Shown one piece after another: positions 37,134 through 47,521 of a stretch of DNA of 64,000 bases. Below the pieces are notes generated by a model. The model ran no database searches. It was not told the origin of the DNA and saw only the letters and a program-made list of their open reading frames with translations. This stretch comes from an uncultured Lachnospiraceae bacterium (lineage in GTDB: Bacteria > Bacillota > Clostridia > Oscillospirales > CAG-272). The first letter of the stretch is position 1; each line of letters opens with the position of its first letter. The DNA lies in contig CAZORL010000002.1 of the NCBI GenBank assembly GCA_964582375.1, positions 42,860 to 106,859 of the forward strand, read 5' to 3'. A program made the position numbers and the translations under genes.

Positions 37134-38847
37134 AGTGCTCTGCAAACTGCGAATTGTAAAGTTCGGCGTATATGCCGTTTTTCTTCATCAGAGCGGCATG
37201 AGATCCGCGCTCTTTTATCCCCTCATCATCGATCACGACGATCTCATCGGCGTTTTTGACAGTCGAGAGCCTATGTGCAACAACAAGCGTTGTCCTTCCC
37301 TTACAAAGCTCATCGAGCGATCTCGAGATCATCTGCTCGGTTGCGTTATCGAGTGCGGAGGTCGCCTCATCGAGTATGAGTATGGGAGGATTTTTCAGAA
37401 ACGCTCTTGCGATCGAGATACGCTGTTTCTGACCGCCCGAGAGCTTTACTCCGCGCTCTCCGACATAGGTATCGTAGCCATCGGGCAAGGACATGATAAA
37501 ATCATGAATATTTGCTCTTTTTGCGGCGGCGTAAACATCTTCGGTCGATGCGGACGGGTCGCCGTAAGCGATATTTTCGTACACAGTGCCCGTAAAGAGG
37601 AAGACGTCCTGAGCTACCATACCGACATTTTCGCGAAGAGAGTCAAGTGTCATCGATCGTATATCCATTCCATCGATGGTAACACTGCCCGATGATATTT
37701 CGTAAAATCTCGGAATTATATTACAGATCGTTGTTTTTCCCGCTCCCGACGGACCGACAAGTGCAAGCTTTTCGCCGCTCGGGATCAAGAGATCGATATT
37801 TGTCAGCACATTTTGGTGTTCGTTATACGCAAAGCTGACATTATGAAATTCTATTTCACCGTTGAGTTTGCCGACGATACGCGCATTTTTCTCCTCTTTT
37901 TCGGCAGGAACGCTCATTATCTCGCAAAATCTCGCAAATCCGGTCATTCCGTTCTGATATTGCTCAACGAATGATATCAGTCTCTTGATCGGGTTCATGA
38001 AAACATTGACAAAGATGATAAATCCGGCGAAATCGCCGACATTGATCCATCCGTTATAGACAAATATACCACCGCTGACCATTACAACGAGATTGAGAAA
38101 ATCGCTCATGAAAGCGGTTATCGCCTGAAATTCGCCCATAACTTTATACGATCTTGTTCTCGCCTCGACAAAACGGCTGTTTGACTTTTCGAAACGCTCG
38201 CACTCGTACTCTTTATTGGTATAAGCCTTTGATACACGAATGCCCGAAACGGCATTTTCGAGGACCGCGTTGACCTCGCCGACCTCGACCTTGGTCTCCT
38301 TAAACGCTTTGCTCATCGCAAGCCTTCTTTTCATTGTATAGACCAAAAAGGCGGGGATGGCGGCAAATACAATAAGGGTGAGCCAAAGGTTGATGCGTGC
38401 CATCAAAACAAAGGAACAGACGAACAAAACGACCGACAAGAATAGATCCTCGGGACCGTGATGCGCAAGCTCGGATATGTCGAAAAGATCGTTGATTATG
38501 CGCGACATTATCGTTCCCGTCTTGTTGTCATCAAAGTAACTGCAAGGCATATCCTGCAGATGAGAAAAGACCTCGCGACGCATATCCGCCTGCATACGAA
38601 CGCCCATAACGTGACCGTAATAGGAGATGAAGTAGTTCAGCCCTATTTTGATGATATAAATGCCGACGGCGACGCACGACCAAATTATCAGCATGCGCAT
38701 GTTTCTGTTTGGTATATAATCATTGAGCATATTGCGTGTTATCGTCGGATAGAACAGATCGGCAAGTGCCAAAAGCAGGGCGGCAACGAGATCGGCGATG
38801 AACACCGTCATGTGCGGCTTATAATATTTTGCGAAGTTCTTAATCAT
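37132..38847 (-). CDS. ABC exporter, fused permease/ATPase (MsbA/MdlB-like)
   Basis: 571 aa with six N-terminal transmembrane segments, Walker A GPSGAGKTT, signature LSGGQKQRISIARA, and Walker B ILILDEATS. Confidence 0.92.
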   Translation of the reverse strand: MIKNFAKYYKPHMTVFIADLVAALLLALADLFYPTITRNMLNDYIPNRNMRMLIIWSCVAVGIYIIKIGLNYFISYYGHVMGVRMQADMRREVFSHLQDMPCSYFDDNKTGTIMSRIINDLFDISELAHHGPEDLFLSVVLFVCSFVLMARINLWLTLIVFAAIPAFLVYTMKRRLAMSKAFKETKVEVGEVNAVLENAVSGIRVSKAYTNKEYECERFEKSNSRFVEARTRSYKVMGEFQAITAFMSDFLNLVVMVSGGIFVYNGWINVGDFAGFIIFVNVFMNPIKRLISFVEQYQNGMTGFARFCEIMSVPAEKEEKNARIVGKLNGEIEFHNVSFAYNEHQNVLTNIDLLIPSGEKLALVGPSGAGKTTICNIIPRFYEISSGSVTIDGMDIRSMTLDSLRENVGMVAQDVFLFTGTVYENIAYGDPSASTEDVYAAAKRANIHDFIMSLPDGYDTYVGERGVKLSGGQKQRISIARAFLKNPPILILDEATSALDNATEQMISRSLDELCKGRTTLVVAHRLSTVKNADEIVVIDDEGIKERGSHAALMKKNGIYAELYNSQFAEH

Positions 38848-38941
38848 AGATTTTATTTTCCTTTGCGAAAAGATGTGCCCGAAAGAGCGGCTACCTCAAA
38901 CGGCAGCCGCTCTTTCGAAAAGTCTCGAGATGAATTCAAGA

Positions 38942-40030
38942 TCACTTCTTTTTATTGAAGATATCAAAGAGGGTATCGTAGTCGTCCTTGGGAGTCTCCT
39001 CGGCAGGCTTTGCGAGATCGTCGATCTTCGGCTTTGATACAGGAGCCTCAACGGGTTTCTCGACAGAATCGTTCTTTGCAAATCCGGTAGCGATAACGGT
39101 AACGCGAACCTCGTCATCGAGATTTTCGTCAACTACATAACCGATGATGACTCTTGCGTCGGGATGTGCCTCATTTGTGATGAGATCTGCGGCAACATCG
39201 AGCTCGTCCAATGCGAAATCAGCCGGGCAGGTGAAGTTAACGAGAATGCCTCTTGCGCCCGAGATAGAAGTCTCAAGAAGCGGGCTGGAAATTGCCATCT
39301 TAGCGGCAACTTCTGCCTTATCCTTACCCTGAGCCGCACCTACGCCCATGTGTGCGTATCCGGCATCCTTCATGACTGCCTTAACATCGGCAAAGTCAAG
39401 ATTGATAAGACCGTCTTTGGTTACAAGATCGGCGATCGACTGTACGCCGTGTTTCAGAATGTTATCAGCCTCGCCGAACGCGTTGAGGACAGTGATGCGG
39501 GTGGACGAAAGCTGTTTCAGGCGCTCATTGGGGATAACGATGATGGCATCAACATTCTTGCTGAGTTCGGCGATACCCGACTCTGCCTGTGCCATTCTCT
39601 TCTCGCGCTCGAACTTAAAGGGCTTCGTTACGACAGCAACGGTGAGAACGCCCATTTCCTTGGCGATCTTTGCAACGACGGGAGCGGCACCTGTGCCAGT
39701 TCCGCCGCCCATGCCTGCGGTGATGAACACCATATCAGAGCCTTTGATGGCAGCTGTGATCTCTTCTATATTTTCCTCTGCCGCAGCGGTACCTACCTCG
39801 GGGTTCGAGCCTGCACCCTGTCCCTTTGTAAGTTTTTCTCCGATAACGACCTTTTCATCGGCTCTTGAGCGGAGAAGTGCGGCACGATCGGTGTTTACTG
39901 CAATAAACTGGACGTCGGACACGCCGCCGTCGATCATACGGTTAACGGCGTTATTTCCGCCGCCGCCTACACCGATTACCTTAATTTTAGTGGAACAATC
40001 TACTTCCATTTCCATTGTTTCAAGTGACAT
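38942..40030 (-). CDS. ftsZ: Cell division protein FtsZ
   Basis: [13 protein letters not shown] and [13 protein letters not shown] tubulin signatures, and a C-terminal DTLFDIF peptide. Confidence 0.97.
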   Translation of the reverse strand: MSLETMEMEVDCSTKIKVIGVGGGGNNAVNRMIDGGVSDVQFIAVNTDRAALLRSRADEKVVIGEKLTKGQGAGSNPEVGTAAAEENIEEITAAIKGSDMVFITAGMGGGTGTGAAPVVAKIAKEMGVLTVAVVTKPFKFEREKRMAQAESGIAELSKNVDAIIVIPNERLKQLSSTRITVLNAFGEADNILKHGVQSIADLVTKDGLINLDFADVKAVMKDAGYAHMGVGAAQGKDKAEVAAKMAISSPLLETSISGARGILVNFTCPADFALDELDVAADLITNEAHPDARVIIGYVVDENLDDEVRVTVIATGFAKNDSVEKPVEAPVSKPKIDDLAKPAEETPKDDYDTLFDIFNKKK

Positions 40031-40174
40031 ATCTTATAAATCCTCCCGATTTTTTGATACGAATATACGTTTGACTGATCGTAAAAATTCTCATGTAATA
40101 TAATAATATTTTTTCGCTCGATTTGCAATAGTTTGAGGGCAATTTTAACGGATTATTTACATTTTCGAGGTATA

Positions 40175-41005
40175 TCAACCTTCTTCGCCAATCTGCGCGA
40201 TACCTTTATCAACATCGCTTAAGACAAGCGTTCCCGTCGTGGTGTCCGAGTAATAGTCGATCATCTTCTCGGCAAGGGCGAGCTTGTCCGCAAAATCGAC
40301 GTAAGTCCCGAACTTCAATACAAAGCGATCCTCATAAACGAGCGTCAGATCGAATCTGTTCGAGAGATCGATCTCGGTAAGCTTTCCGTATCGTTCCCAC
40401 CCGATAAGTGCGACAAGAGTATCATCGGTATGCTTTGAGTCAAACTCGGAGCGAAATGCGAGTTTATCGCCTGACACTGCCCTGCCCACGGTCGGGATCT
40501 TAACGAGCATAACATCGGGATTTTCATCGGATAGAGCTTTTTGGCTTTGATATCTGTCAAGCACCTTCATTTCGCTGTTTATGAGAAAATACTCACCATC
40601 CATCTCGAATGCGTATGCGGGCACTTCTTCCTCGATAGTCATTCTGACGGTTGACGGAAACTCAAGCTCGACATTGACCGATCGAACATAGGGCAGTGCT
40701 GACACGAGCCTTTCGGATATTTTGTCCTCCGAGAAGGTGAATATGCTCTCACCCTTGGAAACGCCTGCGACCTCGAGAAGGCGTTCATAGCCGTAATGAC
40801 CGACGCCGTCGATGATTATGGTTTCAACGCTGAAAAACATGTGCAGAGCGATAAGGGCAAAAACGACGAGCAGAATGATGACACCGACAACGACAAATGC
40901 GGTCGTAAGCGTGCGTCCGACCCTGTTTTGCTCAGAGAAATCGCCAAAAACTCTGCTGTCACGCGGAGCATCTGCCACCGAGCCGCCTTTCTTTTTCATC
41001 GTCAT
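40175..41005 (-). CDS. ftsQ: Cell division protein FtsQ/DivIB
   Basis: Single transmembrane segment, POTRA-like segment (ETIIIDGVGHYGYERLLEVAGV), and dcw position. The start is uncertain (GTG 41008, ATG 41005 or ATG 40999). Confidence 0.8.
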   Translation of the reverse strand: MTMKKKGGSVADAPRDSRVFGDFSEQNRVGRTLTTAFVVVGVIILLVVFALIALHMFFSVETIIIDGVGHYGYERLLEVAGVSKGESIFTFSEDKISERLVSALPYVRSVNVELEFPSTVRMTIEEEVPAYAFEMDGEYFLINSEMKVLDRYQSQKALSDENPDVMLVKIPTVGRAVSGDKLAFRSEFDSKHTDDTLVALIGWERYGKLTEIDLSNRFDLTLVYEDRFVLKFGTYVDFADKLALAEKMIDYYSDTTTGTLVLSDVDKGIAQIGEEG

Positions 41006-41034
41006 CACCGCCCTTTATGCTTTTTTCAGGTTTA

Positions 41035-42156
41035 CTAATTACTTTCCTTTATTATCGACAGAAGTCCGTCAAGGATGGTCTTATTGGTATCATGCACGGC
41101 AAAATCATATGCCGACTGCCGCATCTTATCAAGGTTTGACCCATCAGAGAGAAGTCGATCGACGGTCGTCTCAAGACCTGCGGCATCAAGGTCGTTATCG
41201 CGAATTATCACGGCAGCACCCCTATCCTCAAGGAGCTTTGCGTTTTTATATTGCTGATCGTTGGTAACATTCGGTGAAGGGATCAGCACGGATGGTGCAC
41301 CGACCGCACAGAGCTCGGAGAGTGTTGATGCGCCCGAGCGGCATATAACAAGATCGGCAGCCACCATTCGCATCGGCATATCATAGATATATTCGACAAG
41401 CGAAATGTTTTTATATTTGTCAAGCCCAAGCTCTTCAAATTTCTTTTTCATTTCGGGATACGCCTTTGCTCCCGCAGCGTGTGTAAAGCCTATCTCGGGA
41501 TGCTTTGTGAGATATGACTGCATAAAGCCAAGCACCGAGTCGTTGATCTTTGCCGCGCCGAGACTGCCGCCGAACGAAAGAAGGCTGAATTCTTCATCCG
41601 GTGTGAGCTTTACTGCATCTTTCGCACTCTCGCGATCGATCGTTGAAAAGCCGTGATCTATCGGCATTCCCGAATGAACCACCCTGCATTTTCCGTCACT
41701 CAGGAAATTTCCCGCATCCTTGAAATTGACGAAAACGATATCCGCGCGGTTTTTAAGCATTTTTACCGCAAACCCAGGCTCAGCGTTTGCCTCGTGAAGT
41801 GCGACAGGGATGCCGAGTTTTGAGGCTGCATAGCAAACGGGAAAGCAGACATAGCCGCCCGTTCCGACGACGAGATCGGGCTTTATCTTTTTGAGAAGCT
41901 TTTTTGATGCGGCGACCGATGTGACCGTTTTCCACGCTGTTTTGATATTTTGAAGCGAGAGACTTCTGCGAAGCCCGTAAACTTCGATAAAATGTATCGG
42001 ATAGCCCGCTTTCGGCACGAGTTTTGCCTCAAGTCTATCCTTTGTTCCGATAAACTCGATCACGGCATCGGGAAATTTTTCTTTTATGATCGATGCGATA
42101 CCGAGTGCGGGATTTACATGCCCCGCCGTACCGCCGCCTGTCATAACAACCTTCAT
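41035..42156 (-). CDS. murG: UDP-N-acetylglucosamine--N-acetylmuramyl-(pentapeptide) pyrophosphoryl-undecaprenol GlcNAc transferase
   Basis: The GGGTAGHVNPAL motif and 373 aa length. Confidence 0.95.
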   Translation of the reverse strand: MKVVMTGGGTAGHVNPALGIASIIKEKFPDAVIEFIGTKDRLEAKLVPKAGYPIHFIEVYGLRRSLSLQNIKTAWKTVTSVAASKKLLKKIKPDLVVGTGGYVCFPVCYAASKLGIPVALHEANAEPGFAVKMLKNRADIVFVNFKDAGNFLSDGKCRVVHSGMPIDHGFSTIDRESAKDAVKLTPDEEFSLLSFGGSLGAAKINDSVLGFMQSYLTKHPEIGFTHAAGAKAYPEMKKKFEELGLDKYKNISLVEYIYDMPMRMVAADLVICRSGASTLSELCAVGAPSVLIPSPNVTNDQQYKNAKLLEDRGAAVIIRDNDLDAAGLETTVDRLLSDGSNLDKMRQSAYDFAVHDTNKTILDGLLSIIKESN

Positions 42157-42172
42157 AAATCTGCCTTTCGTA

Positions 42173-43411
42173 TTATTTACTGATTCTTGAGTATCTCGAA
42201 ATGCTGAGCAGTATTCCCATCTCAGCCATAAGTATCACAAGGGAAGATCCGCCGTATGAAAAGAAAGGCAGAGTTATACCCGTATTGGGAATGACCGCCG
42301 AAACGACCATCATGTTCAAAAACGCCTGTATGCCGACGTGTATGGTTATTCCGACTGCGGTGACTGCCGAAAATGTATCGGGTGTGCGTCGTGCGATATA
42401 AAGTCCCCGTCCAATAAATGCGATGTAGAGTGCTATGACGCAGAGTGCGCCTACAAAGCCGAGTTCTTCGCAAACAATGGCAAATATAAAGTCATTCTGC
42501 GGCTGTGAAACGAACAGATGCTTTTGAAGCGATTTACCGAATCCCCTGCCGAACAGACCGCCCGATCCGACTGCGATAAGACCTTGGATCGTCTGCCACA
42601 TATCCGACTGCACATCGAACTGCTCGGGGTAAAGCCACATATACACACGTTTTTGTGCATAATCGGGGAGAAAGGACACGACCTCATCGGTAAACATTAC
42701 GACCATACCTATACCGACGACAAGCAAAATAACAAACGCCACATACCATACCTTCTTTCCGCCGCCCGCCCAAATGACGGACAATCCGATCAGACCGATG
42801 ATTATCGTTCCCGACACGTGCTTTTCAAGAAAAACGAGCAGGCAGACGAGGGCAAGTAAAATCCCCGGAATAATGGTCGAAAAAAGAGTCGTTTTGAAAT
42901 ATCTGTGCTTTTGATGTATTATCCTAAAGCATTTATCGAAATAGAGCGCGAGTATCAGGATGACGGAGATCTTAGCTACCTCCGAGGGCTGGAATGATAT
43001 TATTCTCAGATCGAGCCATCGTTTTGCCTCGCCCTCCCTCGTTCCGAACAGAAGCACCGCAACAAGAAGAACTATCGACAGAGCAAAAATCGCCGGCGTG
43101 AATTTTTTTATGATCTTATAGTCAATAAAGCTTATGCCGACCATGGCGACAAGACCGAGTACAACGAAAAGCAACTGATTTCTTATAAAATGTGCACTGT
43201 CTCCGTATTTTGACAATGCGTACGCATAGCTTGCCGAATAGACCATCGCCGAGCCGAAACAAAGGAAGAAAATGATAATAAAGAGCATGGGGCGATCTAT
43301 CTGTCCTCTGACCACTCGTGTCAGCTTAAAGATATGCTGTCTTTGACCCTTGTCGGGCTTTGCGAGCGACACATCGGCATTTTGGGACTTTGATCTTCTG
43401 TCGGTTGCCAT
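42173..43411 (-). CDS. ftsW: SEDS-family peptidoglycan glycosyltransferase FtsW/SpoVE
   Basis: Polytopic membrane protein with SEDS C-terminal motifs (LPFFSYGGSS). Confidence 0.92.
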   Translation of the reverse strand: MATDRRSKSQNADVSLAKPDKGQRQHIFKLTRVVRGQIDRPMLFIIIFFLCFGSAMVYSASYAYALSKYGDSAHFIRNQLLFVVLGLVAMVGISFIDYKIIKKFTPAIFALSIVLLVAVLLFGTREGEAKRWLDLRIISFQPSEVAKISVILILALYFDKCFRIIHQKHRYFKTTLFSTIIPGILLALVCLLVFLEKHVSGTIIIGLIGLSVIWAGGGKKVWYVAFVILLVVGIGMVVMFTDEVVSFLPDYAQKRVYMWLYPEQFDVQSDMWQTIQGLIAVGSGGLFGRGFGKSLQKHLFVSQPQNDFIFAIVCEELGFVGALCVIALYIAFIGRGLYIARRTPDTFSAVTAVGITIHVGIQAFLNMMVVSAVIPNTGITLPFFSYGGSSLVILMAEMGILLSISRYSRISK

Positions 43412-43458
43412 TGATCACATTTCTCCTTTCGAAATTTATGAAAAACTAAACTCTGTAA

Positions 43459-44472
43459 TTATTTTGCGAGTCCGAAAAATGCGACGACGCAGAAAAGTGC
43501 TGTCACGAGGGAGAAAACACCGACGATCTTGTTTTCGCTCCACCCGCACTTTTCAAAGTGGTGATGGATCGGTGCCATTTTGAAGAAACGCTTTCCGTGA
43601 GTAAGTTTGAAGTATCCGACCTGTATTATATCCGAAAGGCTCTCGCAAACATAGACTATACCGGTCGGAACAAGGATCAGCGGATTGTCGATCATAAACG
43701 CAAGCGCGACCACCATACCGCCCAAAAAGAGTGAACCGGTATCGCCCATGAACACCTTTGCGGGATATGCGTTATATACCAAAAATCCGAGCGTTGCTCC
43801 GATAACAAGAGCCGAGATCACGACCTCGGAAAGGCTCTCGATCCTGAATGCGGCAACTGCGAAGAAGCTGCCTACAACGAATGTGACCGTCGAGCAGAGC
43901 CCGTCTATACCGTCTGTCAAGTTAACGCTGTTTACGATGCCCGTTATCAACACGAGTGCAAAGACGTAATAAAACCAACCAAGCTCAAGATTTTTGTCAA
44001 AATACGGAATATAAAGTCTTGTCGATATGTATCCCGCGTAGGTCATGACAAAGAGGAACACGCCTGCGAGTGCGAGCTGGAGAAGATATTTTTGAGATGC
44101 CGACAGACCTTTATTTTGCCCTTTCGCAAATTTCGTCATATCATCGACAACACCGATCAGTCCGTTAAGCAGAGCGAACAGGACGCAAATAATCGGTTTT
44201 GCGAGGCTCATTTCGGGATCGGTGACAGCTATCACGACAGATGCCGCGACAAACACAACAAGGATGGCGGCAATGAAGACGATACCTCCCATTGTGGGGG
44301 TACCCTCCTTGCCCTTATGCCATCTCGGTCCGATATCGAGGATCTTTTGCCCCATCTTTTTGCTTTTCAAAATGGGTATCACTTTTTTAAGTCCCAGAGC
44401 CGTCAGCAAAAATGTGCCGAGCACACATGATATAAAATAGCAAAAAAGCTCACTTTTCATTGTCCTATCCAA
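43459..44472 (-). CDS. mraY: Phospho-N-acetylmuramoyl-pentapeptide transferase
   Basis: KxGTPTMGG, NLTDGIDGL and HHHFE motifs. Confidence 0.96.
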   Translation of the reverse strand: MDRTMKSELFCYFISCVLGTFLLTALGLKKVIPILKSKKMGQKILDIGPRWHKGKEGTPTMGGIVFIAAILVVFVAASVVIAVTDPEMSLAKPIICVLFALLNGLIGVVDDMTKFAKGQNKGLSASQKYLLQLALAGVFLFVMTYAGYISTRLYIPYFDKNLELGWFYYVFALVLITGIVNSVNLTDGIDGLCSTVTFVVGSFFAVAAFRIESLSEVVISALVIGATLGFLVYNAYPAKVFMGDTGSLFLGGMVVALAFMIDNPLILVPTGIVYVCESLSDIIQVGYFKLTHGKRFFKMAPIHHHFEKCGWSENKIVGVFSLVTALFCVVAFFGLAK

Positions 44473-44520
44473 GCCTTTCCTCAGATTGATACGTTCTTTA
44501 TTTTATATTTTATTGTTTTC

Positions 44521-45906
44521 TCACAGCAGTTCGATCACTCGCTCGAGTTTGAGTGCACGGCTAGCCTTAAAGAGCAGAATATCGCCCTTGCCCGTTTTTT
44601 CGCGGAGAGCGTCCGCAAGCGCGGCGGGATCGTCTATATCTTCGAAGACAAACACCGATCTCTCGTTCATTCCGCACTTTACTGCCTCATCTGCGATAAA
44701 GGCGGCGTCATGACCGAAGGTAAAGAGCATTTTGACATTCGATCTCGCAACATCGGCACCGATCGATCTGTGGAAGCTCTCCGAATAATCGCCAAGCTCG
44801 CGTATCTCTCCGAGCACTGCGATCGGACGACAGCCCTTGGAATCGGCAAGAGAGCAAAGGACAGAGAGTGCCGCGTGAACCGACTCGGGAGAGGCGTTAT
44901 AGCAGTCCTCGATGAGCAGTCGGTCATTTTTTGTAACGAGATTTTGACGCATACCGACAGTGCGATAATTCTTGAGTCCGCGTCTGATCTCAAATTCGCC
45001 CATACCTGCGTAAAGTCCGACCGCATATGCCATGGCGGCGTTCATGATGTTATGCTCGCCGAGCGCGGGGATCACGATGCTCTCGATCGTTTCGCCGTTT
45101 ATGGTCAGATCAAATGCCGATCCGTTTTCGGTAAGGACGGTATTGTCAACATAAACATCGGCGTCTTTATTATGCATCGAAACATAGCATGCGCCCTCGA
45201 TACCCGAAAGGAGCGGTTCGTCTCCGTTCAAGATCACTGCCCCACCCGGCCGAAGTCCCGTGAGTATTTCGAGTTTTGCGTCGCGTATTGCCTCTCTTGA
45301 ACCGAGATTGCCGATATGCGATGTTCCTATGTTTGTAATGACGGCAATATCAGGGCGTGCTATCCTCGACAGTTCGCTTATCTCTCCGCTGTGGCTCATG
45401 CCCATTTCAATAACTGCTGCATCGCATTTATTTGAAAATCCGAAAAGTGTCATCGGAAGTCCGATATTGTTGTTGTGATTGCCCTCTGTTTTAAGTGCCG
45501 CATATTTTTCGGCAAGCACCGAATAGATAAATTCTTTAGTCGTCGTTTTGCCGATACTTCCCGTAACCGCAACCGTAAGCATTTCAAGTCGTGCTTTATA
45601 TTCAGCCGCGAGTCTGCCGAGTGCCTTTATGCTGTCATCAACGGTGAAGACCGCCGCATCAGCGTCCAGCCTCTCGAATGGTCGCTCGCAAATGACGCAG
45701 GCGGCACCGCTGTCTATTGCGGCGTCAACAAAATCGTTTCCGTCAAAATGCTCGCCCTTGATGGCAATAAAGAGCGCACCATTTGTCACCATGCGTGAAT
45801 CGGTGGTAACAAGGCTGACAAATTTGTCAGGTAGAGACTGTGCGGAACATCCGAGAGTGCGTGCAATGTCTCTGACGCTGAGTTTTTCAAGTAATTCAAC
45901 CGTCAT
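44521..45906 (-). CDS. murF: UDP-N-acetylmuramoyl-tripeptide--D-alanyl-D-alanine ligase
   Basis: TGSIGKTTTKE P-loop and Mur ligase domains. The start is set to the ATG at 45906; the TTG at 45957 in the track lacks an RBS, so the start remains uncertain. Confidence 0.9.
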   Translation of the reverse strand: MTVELLEKLSVRDIARTLGCSAQSLPDKFVSLVTTDSRMVTNGALFIAIKGEHFDGNDFVDAAIDSGAACVICERPFERLDADAAVFTVDDSIKALGRLAAEYKARLEMLTVAVTGSIGKTTTKEFIYSVLAEKYAALKTEGNHNNNIGLPMTLFGFSNKCDAAVIEMGMSHSGEISELSRIARPDIAVITNIGTSHIGNLGSREAIRDAKLEILTGLRPGGAVILNGDEPLLSGIEGACYVSMHNKDADVYVDNTVLTENGSAFDLTINGETIESIVIPALGEHNIMNAAMAYAVGLYAGMGEFEIRRGLKNYRTVGMRQNLVTKNDRLLIEDCYNASPESVHAALSVLCSLADSKGCRPIAVLGEIRELGDYSESFHRSIGADVARSNVKMLFTFGHDAAFIADEAVKCGMNERSVFVFEDIDDPAALADALREKTGKGDILLFKASRALKLERVIELL

Positions 45907-46004
45907 ATTCAAACCGTACCTTTCTATGGCGGCAGCGCGGATATCCGATCCGCGCAAAGATCTGCCGATATCGCACTTATCTCAAAGAGACAGTAGCGAC
46001 TCTA

Positions 46005-47474
46005 TTAATTTCCAAAGCGATGTGCGATCGCTTTTTCAACCTCTTCTTTTTCGGAGAACGGGTGTTTACCGTCCTTCTTTATCTCATAATTTTCATGACC
46101 CTTACCCGCAATCAAAATGATCTCATGCTCCTCGGCATTCTCGACCGCATAAGCGATAGCCTCGCGTCTGTCGGGGATCACTATATAAGGCTTCGATGTA
46201 TCGACACCGACCAAAATATCCTCTATTATGGCAGTTGGATCTTCGGTTCGCGAATTATCGCTCGTTATGATCGAAAGATCGGCATAATCTGTCGCGATCT
46301 TGCCCATTATGGGGCGTTTGGTCTTGTCTCGATCGCCGCCGCAACCGAATATTACGGTAAGCTTTGCGTCGGGGTCTTTTGTTTTTATGGTCGATGTGAG
46401 CAGCTTTTCAAGTGCATCGGGCGTGTGTGCATAGTCGATTATCACGGTAAACGGAAAATCGGCAGGGGTGATACGCTCGACCCGCCCGGGAACGCCGTCT
46501 ATTTCGCTTATCGCACGAGTTACGGTCTCAACATCGATGCCGAGCTCAAGTGCGAGTGCGGCGGCGCACATTGTATTATAGACAGAAAACTGACCGGGTA
46601 TTTTGCATTTGATCAAAAGATCGTCTGCGCCTTTTCTTTTCAGCGTATAGGTTATTCCGCGCATCGAGTCATACTTGATATCCGATGCCTTAAAATCAGC
46701 ATCGACCTCATCCTCTGCCGAGGCGGAGTAGCTGTCACATATTTTCTTGTTATACGCCGCTCTGACATAGCCGTCATCGATATTAAAGACGGCAAGTCTG
46801 CTCTGCTCAAAGAGTATCTCCTTTGCGAGAGCGTAATTTTCCATAGTCTTATGGAAATCAAGGTGATCACGCGTTAGGTTCGTGTAGATCGCACCGTCAA
46901 AGCAGATGGGTGCGACTCTGCCGAGTGCGAGCGAATGAGAGGACACCTCCATCAGCACGACCTCGACACCGCTGTCCCGCATATCGGCAAGCAGTGCGTA
47001 AAGTCTCTCGGGGTCGGGGGTCGTCATACCGACATCAACATCGTGCCCCATATATGTATTTTTTATCGTTCCGATAATTCCGGTCGAATAGCCTGCATCC
47101 TCGAAGATCCTCGACAGCATATATGTGGTACTCGTTTTGCCGTTTGTACCCGTGACACCGATCATACGCATGCTCGACGAAGGATTCTTATGGTAATTCG
47201 AGAAAATATAAGATGCCGCAAGTCTTGCGTCGTCAACGACCACACAAGGGATCGGAGAGTTTGGGACAGAATGCTCAACGATGGCAACAACGGCACCCAT
47301 CTTTGCCGCCTCGCCTATAAACTCGTGACCGTCAAAATTTGTCCCCGCAATGCAGAGAAAGGCATATCCTTCTTTAACATTTTTGCTGTTCCCGGTCACG
47401 CCGATTATATTCATATTCTCACAGCCGTTAAACGCCGCGACATCTGTTCCGACAAAGAGATCTTTAAGTTTCAT
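46005..47474 (-). CDS. murE: UDP-N-acetylmuramoyl-L-alanyl-D-glutamate--2,6-diaminopimelate (or L-lysine) ligase
   Basis: GVTGTNGKTST P-loop. The start ATG at 47474 (MKLKDLF) follows an AGGAA RBS. Confidence 0.92.
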   Translation of the reverse strand: MKLKDLFVGTDVAAFNGCENMNIIGVTGNSKNVKEGYAFLCIAGTNFDGHEFIGEAAKMGAVVAIVEHSVPNSPIPCVVVDDARLAASYIFSNYHKNPSSSMRMIGVTGTNGKTSTTYMLSRIFEDAGYSTGIIGTIKNTYMGHDVDVGMTTPDPERLYALLADMRDSGVEVVLMEVSSHSLALGRVAPICFDGAIYTNLTRDHLDFHKTMENYALAKEILFEQSRLAVFNIDDGYVRAAYNKKICDSYSASAEDEVDADFKASDIKYDSMRGITYTLKRKGADDLLIKCKIPGQFSVYNTMCAAALALELGIDVETVTRAISEIDGVPGRVERITPADFPFTVIIDYAHTPDALEKLLTSTIKTKDPDAKLTVIFGCGGDRDKTKRPIMGKIATDYADLSIITSDNSRTEDPTAIIEDILVGVDTSKPYIVIPDRREAIAYAVENAEEHEIILIAGKGHENYEIKKDGKHPFSEKEEVEKAIAHRFGN

Positions 47475-47521
47475 ATTAAATTCCTGCTTTTTCCTTTCTG
47501 TAGGCTGTAAACGCTCGACCG

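Noticed and set aside
37090-37695. 201-aa plus-strand ORF opposite the ABC exporter 3' end, with similar cases at 38458-38958, 39164-40103 and 55501-56328
   Set aside because: These are antisense to genes with Walker/ABC, tubulin or membrane-protein signatures. No start signals were found.
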